The notes beneath the pieces are model-generated. The model did not search any database and was not told the DNA's origin. It saw only the letters and a program-made list of their open reading frames with translations. Positions 13,064 through 25,400 of a stretch of 64,000 nt of DNA are shown piece by piece (position 1 is the first letter of the stretch; every line of letters begins with the position of its first letter). The DNA is taken from positions 53,196,001-53,260,000 of the forward strand of contig CM060734.1 in NCBI GenBank assembly GCA_030704615.1, in the 5' to 3' direction. A program made the position numbers and the translations under genes. The stretch is from Takakia lepidozioides (taxonomy: Eukaryota; Plantae; Bryophyta).

Positions 13064-14530
13064 TCGGCACCGACTTATCTTCGACTATGAACATAAAAAA
13101 CCAGTGTGTGTTTAAAGTCGGCACTGACTTTAACGATGGGAGAAAAAAAAAAAAAAAAAAAAAAAAACTATAAGTCGGCGCCGACTTATTTTCGACTATG
13201 AACACAAAAAATCAGTGTGGGTTTAAAGTCGGCACCGACTTTAACGATGGGAGAAAGACACAAAAATAAAAATAAAAATAAAAATAAGTCGGCACTGACT
13301 TATCTTGGACTACGAACATTAAAAATCAGTGTTGTTTAAAGTCGGCACCGACTTTAACGATGGGAGGGAAATAATAATAATAATAATAAAAAATAAAAAT
13401 AAAAATAAAATAAAATCGGCGCCGACTTATCTTCGACTATGAACACAAAAAATCAGTGTGGGTTTAAAGTCGGCACCGACTTTAACGATGGGAGCAAAAA
13501 AACCGAAAAAAAAAGACAAGCAAACTATAAATCGACGTCGACTCATTCAAGTTTGAACACAAAAAATCAGTTTTTTCTTTTTTTTAAAGAAAAACCTATA
13601 AGTCGGCGCCAAGTAAATCAAGATTCTAGAGCAAATACTATATTTCATCCAAATAATGTTGTTTTTATCTTTACTCATGAATATTTTTGCTCAGTATAAA
13701 GTTCCCATCGTTACAGTCGGTGTCGACTTTAAACCCAAGCTGGTTTTTTGTGTTCATAATCGAAGATAAGTTGGCGCCGACTAATAGTTTTTTACTTTTT
13801 ACTTTTTTCTTTGCTCATTTGGTTAAAAGTCGGTGCCGATTTTAGACCCAAGCTGATTTTTCCAGTTCATAATCGAGGATAAGTCGGCGCCAACTAATAG
13901 TTTTTATTAATTTATTAATTTATTAATTCTTTTTTTGGCTCTTTTGGTTAAAGTCGGTGCCAACTTTAAACCTAAGCTGATTTTTGGGGTTCATAATCCA
14001 GGATAAGTTGGCGCTGACTAATAGTTTTTTTTTTTTTTAATTCTTCCTTTGGTTACAGTCGGTGCCGACTTTAAACCCAAGCTAATTTTTTGTGTTCATA
14101 ATCGCGGATAAGTCGGTGCCGTTTTTATTTATTTATTTATTTAATTTCTTCTTTTGGTTATAGTCGGTGCCGACTTTAAACCCAAGCTGATTTTTTGTGT
14201 TCATAATCGCGGATAAGTCGGCGCCGTTTTTTTTTTAATTTTTTTTTTCTCCCTCCCTTCGTTAAAGTCGGTGCCAACCTTAAACCCAAACTGATTTTTT
14301 GTGTTCATAGTCGAAGATAAGTCGGCGCCGACTAATTGTTTTTTTTGGTTTTTTTTCCCTCCCATCGTTAAAGTCGGTGCCGACTTTAAATCCAAACTGT
14401 TATTTTGTGTTCATAGTTGAAGATAAGTCGGCGCCGACTAATAGTTTTTTTTTTTTTCCATTATCTGATGAACTTAAACCCAAACTGATTTTTTGTGTTT
14501 ATAGTCGAAGATAAGTTGACGCCGACTAAT
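12680..14530. repeat. Foldback-like element: inverted arms of ~110-130-bp tandem units, with a (TA)n tract at 12971-13059
   Basis: The unit aagtcggcgccgacttatcttcgactatgaacacaaaaaatcagtgtgggtttaaagtcggcaccgactttaacgatgggag repeats forward in 12680-13610 and reverse-complemented in 13700-14530, around an ~90-bp AT-rich spacer. Confidence 0.88.
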
Positions 14531-16058
14531 AGATTCATTTTTATTATTACTATTGTCTTAAAACTATTTACCTCTTTGATGAACATGTATGAGTTCACAG
14601 AACCAATACGTTTGCATGAAATAATTTCTTTTCTCTTGGGCACTTGTAGTTTTTAAGTTTGTCCTCGCGACAGAAATTATTGTTAAATATGGAGGTGCTT
14701 CAGCCCAGTGTGGAAGCCTCTAGTTGCGCATCATCATCACCACGAATGCTGGTTTCAGAAAAAAGGTGTACAAGGCAGTTTAGTGAAAGCAAGATTCTGA
14801 TTTGGAATGTGCTTCCAAACATGTTTCTATAGATGATTGGAGTACAAAAGTTAGCAACCATTGAGAAGCCTTCGAACGCGCATCATTGTCTTCATTTCCA
14901 TGCCTTTCATATATGTTAGATGAACCATCTGAGGGTAAACTCGGGATAATCAGTCTTCATGGGACGTCCGCAATGAGGTCTGTAGATGCAACTACCCAGA
15001 TTACAAGCAGAAAGGGAGGGCTAAGAACAAGTTTGGTGAGACCTAGATAGTCCCAAGATGGTGCTTGCTTGACCTACGAGGGATTGCTTAGGTTTATCCT
15101 ACATTTGTGATCTCCAGCTTTTGTAAGCATTGGCACATAACAAACTCGTAGATACTGAGCTATGGGAGGAGTCAGAACGGCAATCAAGTGTTGAAGCAAA
15201 GTTTGGAATTCTTGGAGTGCTGAGCCTTGGTCTGTTGAAGCCATAAAGTACCTCCGACAAATATCCAAATGAGTCAATCATTGGGCTGCTCATGTTGTGA
15301 AGACCGTTGTCATGACATGACAGCAGCTATGCCACAGAATTTTACACTTCATGTGCACACTCTTTCCCTCATAGACAACCACACTTCATCTGTGTTCATT
15401 TCAAGTATAAATAGCTTTTTACTTTGTACTACTATGCACACAAACTACTCATATGTTGAACAAACATGGTCAAGACCTTACAACACACATACGAAGTTAT
15501 AAGCACAATAGTAATCATCCCTCCCAACCTAACCTTATAATATGTTCTGCTCCATTCAACTAAATCTATCAGTAAACCTCACACACCATGAGTAAATAAT
15601 AGATTCTTGCCTAACTTATCTAGCCTTAGTTCAATAGACTATTGTGTCTTTCACAAATTAAGGTACTAGAGAAGTATGGTCCAGAAAGAGGCAATGCATA
15701 CACTGTTTCCTTCAACCTCCCCCATTTACCTGGGTTAGTTGTCATTTTTATACAGGTCCAGCTTTGAGTGGGAATGATATAGTTGGTGGCAACCATAACA
15801 CCTAACATTGCCCTACGGACCCCCCAATAACGAATGTGGTGCTATAGTCTGTGGCGATTATAACACCTCACCTGCAAGCCACGGTCATAGGCGTTCCACC
15901 TCCTATTTCCGTGGACTGTTACCAAGATGCATGAAGTCGGCAGTATTGGTTGCCCGACCTCCACCTTCGAGGTGGTTTGGTGTAGGTTCGAGCGAGGATC
16001 GGGAACCTCCGCTCATGCTCATGCGCTCACCGCTCATGCTCATGGATTTGTAACCCCC

Positions 16059-16790
16059 CCAAACAGGGGCACATTCATTTGTGTTCTCAATGCATGTGGT
16101 AGCTTAGGAGATTTGTAGAAGGGCAAGCAGGTCCATGCTGACATCATCAAAGCTGAAATTATGTCATATATAAATTTGAAGAATACTCTTGACATTTGTT
16201 GACATGTATGCAAAATGCGCAAGCATGAAAGATGCCCAGCAAATGTTTGATAATATGGCTACACGAGATGTGGTCTCCTGGAGTGCATTGATAGCAGGAT
16301 ATGCTCGTCATGGGTTTGGGAGGGAGGCTTTCCAGATGTACAGGCAAATGCAACAAGCAGGGGTGAGAGCCAACACAGTTACGTTTGTTTGTGTTCTCAA
16401 TGCGTGTTCCAGCCTAGGAGCCCTGGAAAAGGGCAAAGATGTGCATGCTGACACCATGAAAGCTGGAATTGCGTCCTATATCAATTTGAAGAATAGCCTT
16501 ATCGACATCTATGCAAAATGCGGCAGCATGAAGAAGGCGCGTCAAGTGAAGTGTTCGCCAGTATGGCTAAACGAGATGTGGTCTCGTGGAGTTCGTTGAT
16601 AGCAGGATATGCTCAGCATGGGGATGCTATGGAAGCTTTCAAGATCTATGAGAAAATGCAACAGGATGGGGTGACGCCCGACAGGGTCACATTCACTTGT
16701 ATTCTTAATGCATGCGCCAGAGCTCTGGAAAAAGGGAAACAGGTCCATGATGACATCCGGAAATCTAGAATTGCAGTAGAGAACAGGTCA
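16059..16790 (+). pseudogene. PLS-class PPR pseudogene (copy 2), 3' half
   Basis: TFICVLNACGSLGDL*, DMYAKCASMKDAQQMFD, DVVSWSALIAGYARHG and PDRVTFTCILNAC, with stops and frameshifts. Confidence 0.88.
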
Positions 16791-17704
16791 AGTCTGTTTG
16801 CACAATGATTTAGGTTGGTCATTTTGGTTTCACCAGGTTTGCATTCTTCAGCCTCTATTGTCCAGGTTATCTATGCATTAGGCGTTTCTTGTGTCAGGTT
16901 GCTGACCCTGTTTGAGTGACTATTTAGGCCTCATTTGCTTTCCTGACCACACTAAAGGAGAGAGGGAGTGGGAGAGACTTTACATCTGACACAGATATCT
17001 TTGGACTGGAAATCAGTCTGGCTTGGCATAAGTGTTGGCAATGCAAAATTGGATTTGCATAGGAAGCATAGAAGATTGACAAATCATCTTCAAAATTTTC
17101 GTGGAACAAACCACATCGGAAAGAACCCATTTTGCCATTGTACAATGTCCAAGAACAAATGTGACTGCAGTAGCTATTATGGGAAAATGTATTTGAGGTT
17201 TGCTCCCCTAGTCATTAAATGGCTGCCTTCCCATCACTTATCCCAAAGACAAAAATCCCCCCTTCTCAACCACATTCCCGGTCCGTATTCCCCCCTAGTA
17301 CAAAGCAGTGTAGGGATGGCAGACAAATGCCAACTGAACACCCCACCCCCTAAGGCTAGCCCCTGTGCCTATTTTATTCCCCTCAGGAGGCCTTGTGATA
17401 TATGTATTATTCTAGTGACGACTAAAGGTCGGATACTAGTTTTAGTGTAGGGCTGGAATAGGATGCCATAGTGACACATCATGGTCACCATGTCATCATC
17501 GCCACATCATTGTCGCCACTTTTTTTGCTAGAAAAAAACAAAGAAAACAAAAAGGATTTTGAAAATCTATTTTACAAATATGCTCTAATATCGCTTGCTT
17601 TTTGGTGATCCAAACCAATGACCATTGTCAACAATCATACAACAATGACTGTAGGGAAAGAAAACTCAGTCCATGACAATTTTTGATTCATTCAAATGAA
17701 ATGG

Positions 17705-20700
17705 CTGACATACATCCCCAATTACGAAGTCCGACGCATCTGTATGAATCTGAAATGGACTCGTACTCCGGGATTTTCAAGATTGGAGCTTCCGCCACCG
17801 CTGCTTCAACTCGGCAAAAGCTTGGCCACAAAAGGTGTTCCACACCCATACCTTGGACTTACACAGAAGGTCTGATAGCGGCCCCACGATCTTGGCGAAA
17901 TTTCTCACATACTTTCGGTAATAGGAGGCGAGTCCTAGGAATGATCGCACTCCCGGGACCGAAGCCGGAGGCTCCCAGTCCAAGATCGCACTCACCTTTC
18001 TGTCATCCATTTTGATCCCATCCTGTATAATCACATGCCCTAGGAACTCCACTTTTGTGACCCCGAATTCGCACTTTGAAGCTTTGGCATACAGCTTCCC
18101 TTCCCGCAATTTCTGGAACACCTTTTTGAGGTGCTCCAGGTGCTCTTCCTTTGTTTTCGAGTACACCAAGATGTTATCGATGTACACGATCACAAAGTCA
18201 TCCAACCACTCCTGAAAGAGGCTATTTATTGGTGTGCTAAAGGTCGCGGGTGCGTTGGTGAGCCCAAAAGGCATCACCAAGAACTCATATGAACCATATC
18301 TTGTCTTGCACGTGGTCTTCTCCTCATCTCCTTCCGCCACTCGGATTTGATGATAGCCTGAGCGCAAATCGATCCGGCTGAAATACTTCACTCTTGCCAA
18401 CCGATCGAAGAGGTCGTCGATCCTTGGCAAAGGGTACCGGTTTTTTATAGTCACCTTATTCAGAGCCCTATAATCGACACACATCCGCAACGTCCCATCC
18501 TTCTTGTCTGCGAATAGCACCAGGGCTCCGTAGGGTGACTTACTCGGCTGAATGACATTAGATCCTTGAGCTGAGCCTTCAGCTCGACCAACTCTGTATG
18601 GCTCAACCGGTAGGGCGCCTTGGCAAGGCAGCTCCGATCCCGGTATCACCTCAATCTTGTGGTCAACTCCTCCTCGCGGTGACAAGCCGCTTGGTAAATC
18701 CTCCGGCATCACATCCTGGTATTTCTCCAAGATCCCCTTGATCCAATCTGGGCTCGGCTTCCTATCGCCTTCTCCCTCCACTTGTCTTACATAAAGCAAA
18801 AACTGGGGCTCATGTGGCTCCTCCACGGCCCACTCTTTTGCTGACAGCAAGTTTATTCGCCCTCCCACTGGGTTGGGCGTTTTCGACACCCGTAACACTT
18901 CGCCACCATTCCCACACGGTAGCGTGACTATTCTCTTGCGGCCATCTATGACCGCTCCGGATTTGCTCAAAAAGGTCATCCCCAAAATAAGATCCACTCC
19001 ATCGATCTCGCAAATGGTGAAGTTCTCACGTCTCTCCCAATTCCCGAGCTGAAGAGGAACATCGAACGCCAACCTCGTCGCCAATTGTGGTTCTCCTTTG
19101 GCAGAACGCACTTCAATAGAGGCCCCCACATCACTTGTCGGGAGCCCCAGTTTTCGTGCCGTTGTCGGTGTCATGAAGGAGTGCGACGCTCCTGTGTCCA
19201 CCAACAACGACACGTTAGTACCGGAAATTATCCCACTCACGAACATTAACTGACTCCCTTTACACAAGGGGCCAGTCTCTTGATACAACTCACAAGAGTA
19301 GTTACCTACCTTGCAAGTCTTGGCAACCACGGCTTCCACCAAGCGGCTGATGGAATCTTCGGACAGCTCCGTAGTCGCCCGAGTCATGTTCAATTGTCGG
19401 GGTTTCGCGCACTTCTTGGCCATGTGCCCGGGCTCCCCCCAATTAAAGCACACTCCATCAAAGGTCACTTTCTGTCCGCCATAATCCGCCGCACCTGATT
19501 TTCCTTTCGGAGCACCGGGTGCCGCCTTGACGTATGAAGGCCCTCCCTTCGATTTCGATGTGTCATTGTCGCCGCGAGGCCTTTCCCACTTCTTTTCCGG
19601 TCGGAAAGAGTCACCCTCTTATGGTTCAGCTCCGTACGACCTTGTTTTTCGTCCCTAGGGACATCCGAGAAACATTCCGCCCTATCAATTGCCTCGTTCT
19701 CCTCCAACTTCCGCCTGACCCATGGGGCCAGTCCCACCACAAAGTTGAAGACCATTCCTGGTTCTGTCATATCCATGACTTCGAGCAACAGCACATTTAA
19801 AGCCTGAATATATCCCAGAATATCGTCCGTTTGCTTCAAATTCCTCATCTTGTCCCGGGCGAGCCAGGACGCGTTGAGGGGCACAAACTGTCTCTTCATC
19901 AGTTCCTTGAACCCACTCCAGTTCAAGGTTTCTGGGTTTGGATCTTGGTCATGAAGGCGTTTCTGCCACCATTGTTGAGTATAGCCCCTCAAATAGGTGG
20001 GAGCCACTTCCACCCGATCCTCGTCACTCAACTTGGCCACCCGGAAGTACTGCTCTAGCTCCAAGAGCCAGGTGTTGAGTGCCTTTCGATTTCGGACGCC
20101 CTCGAAGGTGTCGGGTTCCTTAGGCTTCAGCTTAAACTTTGCCTTAGTGGAAGTGGCATTAGCCGCCTTCAACATGTCTTTCAACGTCCCGCCAAACTGC
20201 GCCAACAACCCTTCCCAAAAGGCTGATGACATAGGAGACATCTGTTGGTCTGCCGGAGCCTCCGGGAAATCCTCGGGCTCCGACTCCCCAGATTCCTCCC
20301 GTTCTTGAGCGGCCTCGCTTTCAAAAGCATGAATCGTCTCCTCAAATTGCCGCTTCGGTGACACGTCGCCCCCACCGGGCTCACCAGGATCATCATCTTT
20401 CGGGCCGTTCCGCTTTCGCTTCGTCTTGCCTGACCCCATGATGAGGCCGATCTCAAGGTCGATCGCGTACTGAACTCTAAGCTCTGATACCAAGTGTCGC
20501 GCACCTCACTTCGGTAAGCTCCCCTTCAAGTCATAGTTACTCGCTTTGATGCGCGCGCCTAACTCCCAAACTGGCCACCGGGCCAACTCGGAGCTTCGGC
20601 TGCTCACCGGGACATAACGGTCCCCCTTTGCTCCTCCAAAAGACCCTCCACCAATTTGGGCCTAGTGGAAATTCCCTTTGGTAGATGGCAGTCCGGAATA

Positions 20701-21214
20701 GCTCCCAACTCCTTGGTCGCTTTCCGGCTCGCTCGCTTACTCACTAGTTTTTTATCACCAACGGGCTTGCACCGTTCTCGGGGTTACTACTTCCTATATA
20801 TACTTCTGTGACTGTCCGCGGGGGTTTCACAAACAACACCGTCCTTTTATGGCGAACCACACGAAGACCCTCGATTCCCGGTGGTGAGTCGCGGTGAGGC
20901 CCACCCACCACGGCCCCATTGGACCGTGATGAGTCCCAAGACTCGCCACGACTCCCACCACAAGGTCTTCGCCCCATGGTGAGTCCTTATGCCATCCCCA
21001 CTAAGTCCCACTAAGCTACCACCACCCCTCGTGGAACCACCCCCACCGCAACCCGGTGTGTGGGGCTCCACCTAGTGAGCGCCTCCGCCTCCTTGAGTGC
21101 TTTGTGCACTCAAAGGTGCTTCAGCCCCCGTACCTATTGTTGCCACTGCCCCCACCACAAGGGCAACCCCTCTTGTGTCCCGACCCCCTGCCCTCAAGGA
21201 AAAGGGCCGCGACA
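17705..21214 (-). mobile_element. Conventional Ty3/gypsy LTR retrotransposon, 3'-truncated within RNase H
   Basis: LTR 20495-21214 (TGTCGCG...CGCGACA) and PBS tggtatcagagc at 20492-20481. It encodes gag (~20439-19465), protease ([11 protein letters not shown]), RT ([39 protein letters not shown]) and the RNase H start (HTDASDF, ~17740). No integrase or second LTR. Confidence 0.93.
20481..20492 (-). other. tRNA-iMet primer binding site
   Basis: TGGTATCAGAGC lies 2 nt from the LTR end. Confidence 0.9.
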
Positions 21215-21720
21215 TTGGGATGCACCAAGAATACGTGCCATTGGAGAAGGGATGTGGCCAGCAGCGATGAAGGAATAGACTTGAATAATTGGGAGAAGTC
21301 ACTAGCAGAGTCTTGTGAATAAAAGCAGTCGCGCAAATGTTCGTATAACATACCATATGCTCTTGGTGCAGAAAGATGCGGACTACGGACAAAGGCCTTT
21401 GTGAACCGAGAAAAATCTAGCTGAAGATCCTGATCCGGCTCGAAGTCATCGACAAAAGCTAGAAGGATGTTGTCTGCCTCAGGATGGGGAACCTGCAGAA
21501 CGGCAATAGTATCTGTAGAAGGTGAGGCGGGGGCAAATGGTGAGAAAGCGCGAGCTGCACGAGAATACTGGCCTACCCGTCCCAACATGAGGCTGTGTCG
21601 AAGCTGTCTATGAGTAGAAGAGCCTGATTGTGATGAAATGTCAACAGGAGCTCGTGCTGCCAGGGCTTGTGCTCGGAAATAATGCTCTTTTTAAAGATTC
21701 TCCCAGTCTCCCACGGCCGT
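21215..21720 (-). mobile_element. Fragment of a CRE-like/RLE-type non-LTR retrotransposon (pre-RT region), cut by the gypsy LTR
   Basis: GQYSRAARAF...TIAVLQVPHP...SAPRAYGMLYEHLRDCF...ILGAS resembles the conserved region upstream of RT in CRE/R2-like elements. This is motif recognition only. Confidence 0.5.
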
Positions 21721-22440
21721 AAAGATCCATCAATCACAACTCACACAGCCTTTTCATTCACCCACATGAACACCTAAAAATCATCACCGAGCTCCAAAGC
21801 CCAAGTGATAAGCTTAAATATGAATGCCAAGTGCTAATTGGGAATGCCATGTGGCACCAAATGGTTGGCTGTCCAAATTACAAGCCATGTCCTTGACACA
21901 CTGAAGCCACACAAGATTACCTACACTAGTTGTTATAATAAGACAAAATTCCTAATTCTAAAATAACCTCATCCCAGCTTGTCATCATCATGAGGAACAG
22001 TATCTTCCCTTTTCATTTCCTTAAAAAAAAGGAAAAAATAAAAATTCTTGGAATGGAATCTTTGAACCTTTACAGATTCGGGCAACGGGCAGGAAGAAGA
22101 GAAGTAGTCATTGTGGGTTTTTCTTTGACAGAAAGAAGGACACGATGGAAAAGGCGGGGGCCTGAATTCGGTGGTGTTGGTACAAGTTGTTGATCGGAGG
22201 TGTTGATGGGAAGCACGCTCTGCTTGTGGGTTTGCAGGAATCTTGTCTAGCTGAAGCGTGTTCTGTTTGTGGCTAGTTTCATGAGGTTTACGATGGAAGT
22301 GGAAGAATCTGTTCTGAACTTTGGTCTATATTCCGGTGTGGAGCACACGGTGCATGTTGCTGTCGATGTATAGTATGGCGAAAGTCGGAAAGACTTGTTG
22401 AAGAAGGATTGGAAGGTGGAGGCCAGGGGGTTGGTGCAAT

Positions 22441-25400
22441 ATGGCTTCTCACAGGCTGGCAAAGTTTTCCCAGTCTGTGGAAGCTGTGGAGGTTCAAGCT
22501 CCCTCTCAAGCTATTCTTAGATTTCCCCTGTGCGCATTTTTTGAAGGCCGAGTTCATCTGCGCCTCCTCTCTCTTATATCCCTTCTTTTCCTGGGAATTC
22601 TGTTCATGACATTTGCATTCTGGGTTCTTGGCATAAACCCTGGAGAATCTCAGACCCTGCGTTTCTTGACAGAGTCAACTGCCGGTCCAAAGGACAGAGA
22701 GGCAGCACTTTTGAGACGATATTTGTATTGGGGCACTGGAATTGACTGTCCAGGAAAACATTGTGTACAATGTGGAGGCCTGGGCCATCAAGAGTCTAGC
22801 TTGCGGTGTGCCCTTGAAGAAGCTCTCTTTCTGAACAGGTGAACCCTGGAACTTGTCTTTGAAGTTCCTAGTGGGAAAGGTATTAGAAAAATGGGCTGGC
22901 GACTGATGAGAGGATAAGTCGAGTTTCAAAGGGAGGTGGTGGGTTTCGGCTTGCCCAGCTGAAGCCATCGGCTGGCTCGATGGCACAAAGAGCACTGTGT
23001 CTTGGTTTAGAACTTCCAAGCGATACAATTGTAGCCGTTGCTAATTTGAACTTGCACGCTTTGAATCATCCCGCATGTCAGCGTCGCATCCTGTTGCATT
23101 GCATCGCATTATGTACGTGCCAATATGTAGTGCCATGCGCAGCATTTCTGTGTCGCGACTCTGAAGCAAGCCACACCCGATATTGTTTTGGTCTGATTAG
23201 GAGAGAAAAACGACAAGGTGTAGGATCCGTCAATGCAATCTCGATTTGAAAGAGAATAAAGTCTGCATGGAGGTGCATGGAGGATCAGGCAATTGGTCGC
23301 TACGAGATTTGGTAGAGGACACGCTGACGTCCAGGAGCCTCCAGTAGCAGCACTACGATAGCGTGCAAGCGGTGACGGGCATTGTGATGCAGCGGAACGT
23401 CGGAGTCTGTACGGGGCATAGCGGAGTGACTTGTGAAGCCCCGCACGACTCCGCCCCATTTTTCACTCCTGGAGAACTTCAGCCCAATAACTTCTTGAAA
23501 ATCTGTAGGCAGAAAGGAGTTGTAAAATCTCTTCGAGAAATTGGACACAAGCCTCTAATCGTTACTGCACTTTCGCCATGGTTGCTTCGCAGGTAGAAAG
23601 CTCCTTTCCCAGGGCGCTGCCTGATCCTCCATGCACCTCCATGCAGACTTTACTCTCTTTCAAATCGAGATTGCATTGACGGATCCTACACCTTGTCACA
23701 AGCCTCTAATCGTTACTGCACTTTCGCCATGGAGATGCCAACTTGCCTCAGAAGAATAGTATAATTGATGTTGAGGCTCCATGTTCCTTATATGAATGCA
23801 GGTTACTATCATTTGTATGGGCGGAGGCATTGGTTAAACCCCCTTGGCTGACTGCTCTTCTTGGTGACCACATACTTAAGGCACCCTGACTGTTGGATGG
23901 AGTACCTGACCCTGCGGCTGTGGATGATCAATTAATTTTGGGCCATTCTTGGTCTATGTATACACTACATCTTCTGAAATTTGTTCTCGTGGCCTGTGGC
24001 AAAGCAGGACATTTGTGTTGCCCTCCAGAATGTGCATTGGCACAAAGCACAATGACCTGGGCATATTGCGTCATGCTTCACATGCTAAGCAGGAACCAAG
24101 GTATACTTGTTGGTCCTTGTAATGTGTAATTAGGTGATACCAACTTGGAGTGAAATGGTTCAGTGAGGAGCAGTTTCCTCTTGTAACAAAAATGAAAACA
24201 TGACGGACTGATTGTACGGAGTGATTCATTAGAGAACATTGTGGGTGTGAGGGCCGATGTAGCAGGGTGGAGGCACATGACTGTGCAATGGATGATATTT
24301 ATGACTTGGACTTGATCTCACACACAGTGTCTGTCATCCTTGAAATCTCCACGGAGTGGCATACTGCACTGGCACTGGCGGCCTTGCAAGGTGACACCGG
24401 CCTTGTGCATGTGCAGGGTGTTGGTCGTGGAGATCTCAGACACAGTTCTTCCTATCACAATGCCCTCATCATCAACCGTACTGCAAGCAACCTAGCATGG
24501 TAAGTGAGAGAGCTCAGAAAGTAGGGGAAGGGGAGGTGCAGATCTTGTTGAAGGGTGTGTTATGTTTTCTGCAGGGTATGAGCCTTTGCTTGAATGCATT
24601 TGGAGTAAATGTAATTCCACTGTATTGCATTAGTTTCCTGTCATCATAATCAGTCTCTGGCTCCAACCTTTGATGGGGGGACAGTTACCTTACACCTATG
24701 CAAATGTCGATTTTGGTGAACACACAGAGTGTAATTGCCATATGTTAATGGGGGCGGGGGGCAAGTTACCGGCAGCAACTAGTGAGTAGTTTTTAGCTCT
24801 CACTTTTTTTGATAGCTGCCTGTTGTATGCTTGTAGCTTGCTTTATCAACTCTTGTGTCATTCAATTTCTGGTCTTTCTTAGTTTCATGCACTTTTGCTC
24901 TCTCGCTTCACCCCCTTGCTCTCCTCTCAAAATTTTCTGGTTAGTTTGGCAGGTTCGTGGAGTGCAAGAACCGACAGAATCGCAGTGCACTAATGTTGCC
25001 CTACTCCTTCCTGCCTGCAATGGCTGCCCAACCTCTTCGCACTGCTGCTGAGCAGGTATGTCCCGTGCCATTTTAGTCAGTACTCTCTCCTATCTGGCTA
25101 TCATGTCTTTAGCAGGGGTGTCCATTACACCAGCACACTTGACTCCACTGGATAGAGAATGGGTGAATGGTTTCCATTGACAAAACAGCGCCAGCTTGCC
25201 ATTTATTATCTTGCTGGGACCAGCTATTGCGCTGGGTGCTGCCTGCCTACCAGCATGGATGTTGTTATCCATCGTTTGAACACCAGCAGTGTGTCAGAGC
25301 CTCACCAGGGGCGCAATCCAAAGGAAATCCCCAGCCCCACCTTTCAGAAACAGTTCTTTGCTTCTACTCTTCGTTGGTACCTGTGTTATAAACAATGGGC

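Larger units (their letters stand above)
11775..16058. mobile_element. Mutator-like (Pack-MULE-like) non-autonomous element with a 9-bp TSD, inserted in PPR copy 2
   Basis: Direct repeat ccaaacagg at 11766-11774 and 16059-16067. Imperfect G-rich inverted termini carry (catgagc)n/(gctcatg)n subterminal motifs. Removing the insert restores MPNR|GTFICVLNAC. Confidence 0.8.

Noticed and set aside
12870-14530. CRISPR-like or coding repeats (ORFs with IYIY or poly-K)
   Set aside because: The ORFs are artefacts of (TA)n and A-runs, and the structure is an inverted tandem array.
21121-21588. Intact 155-aa gene
   Set aside because: The ORF is chimeric, reading from a retroelement relic into the gypsy LTR across 21214.
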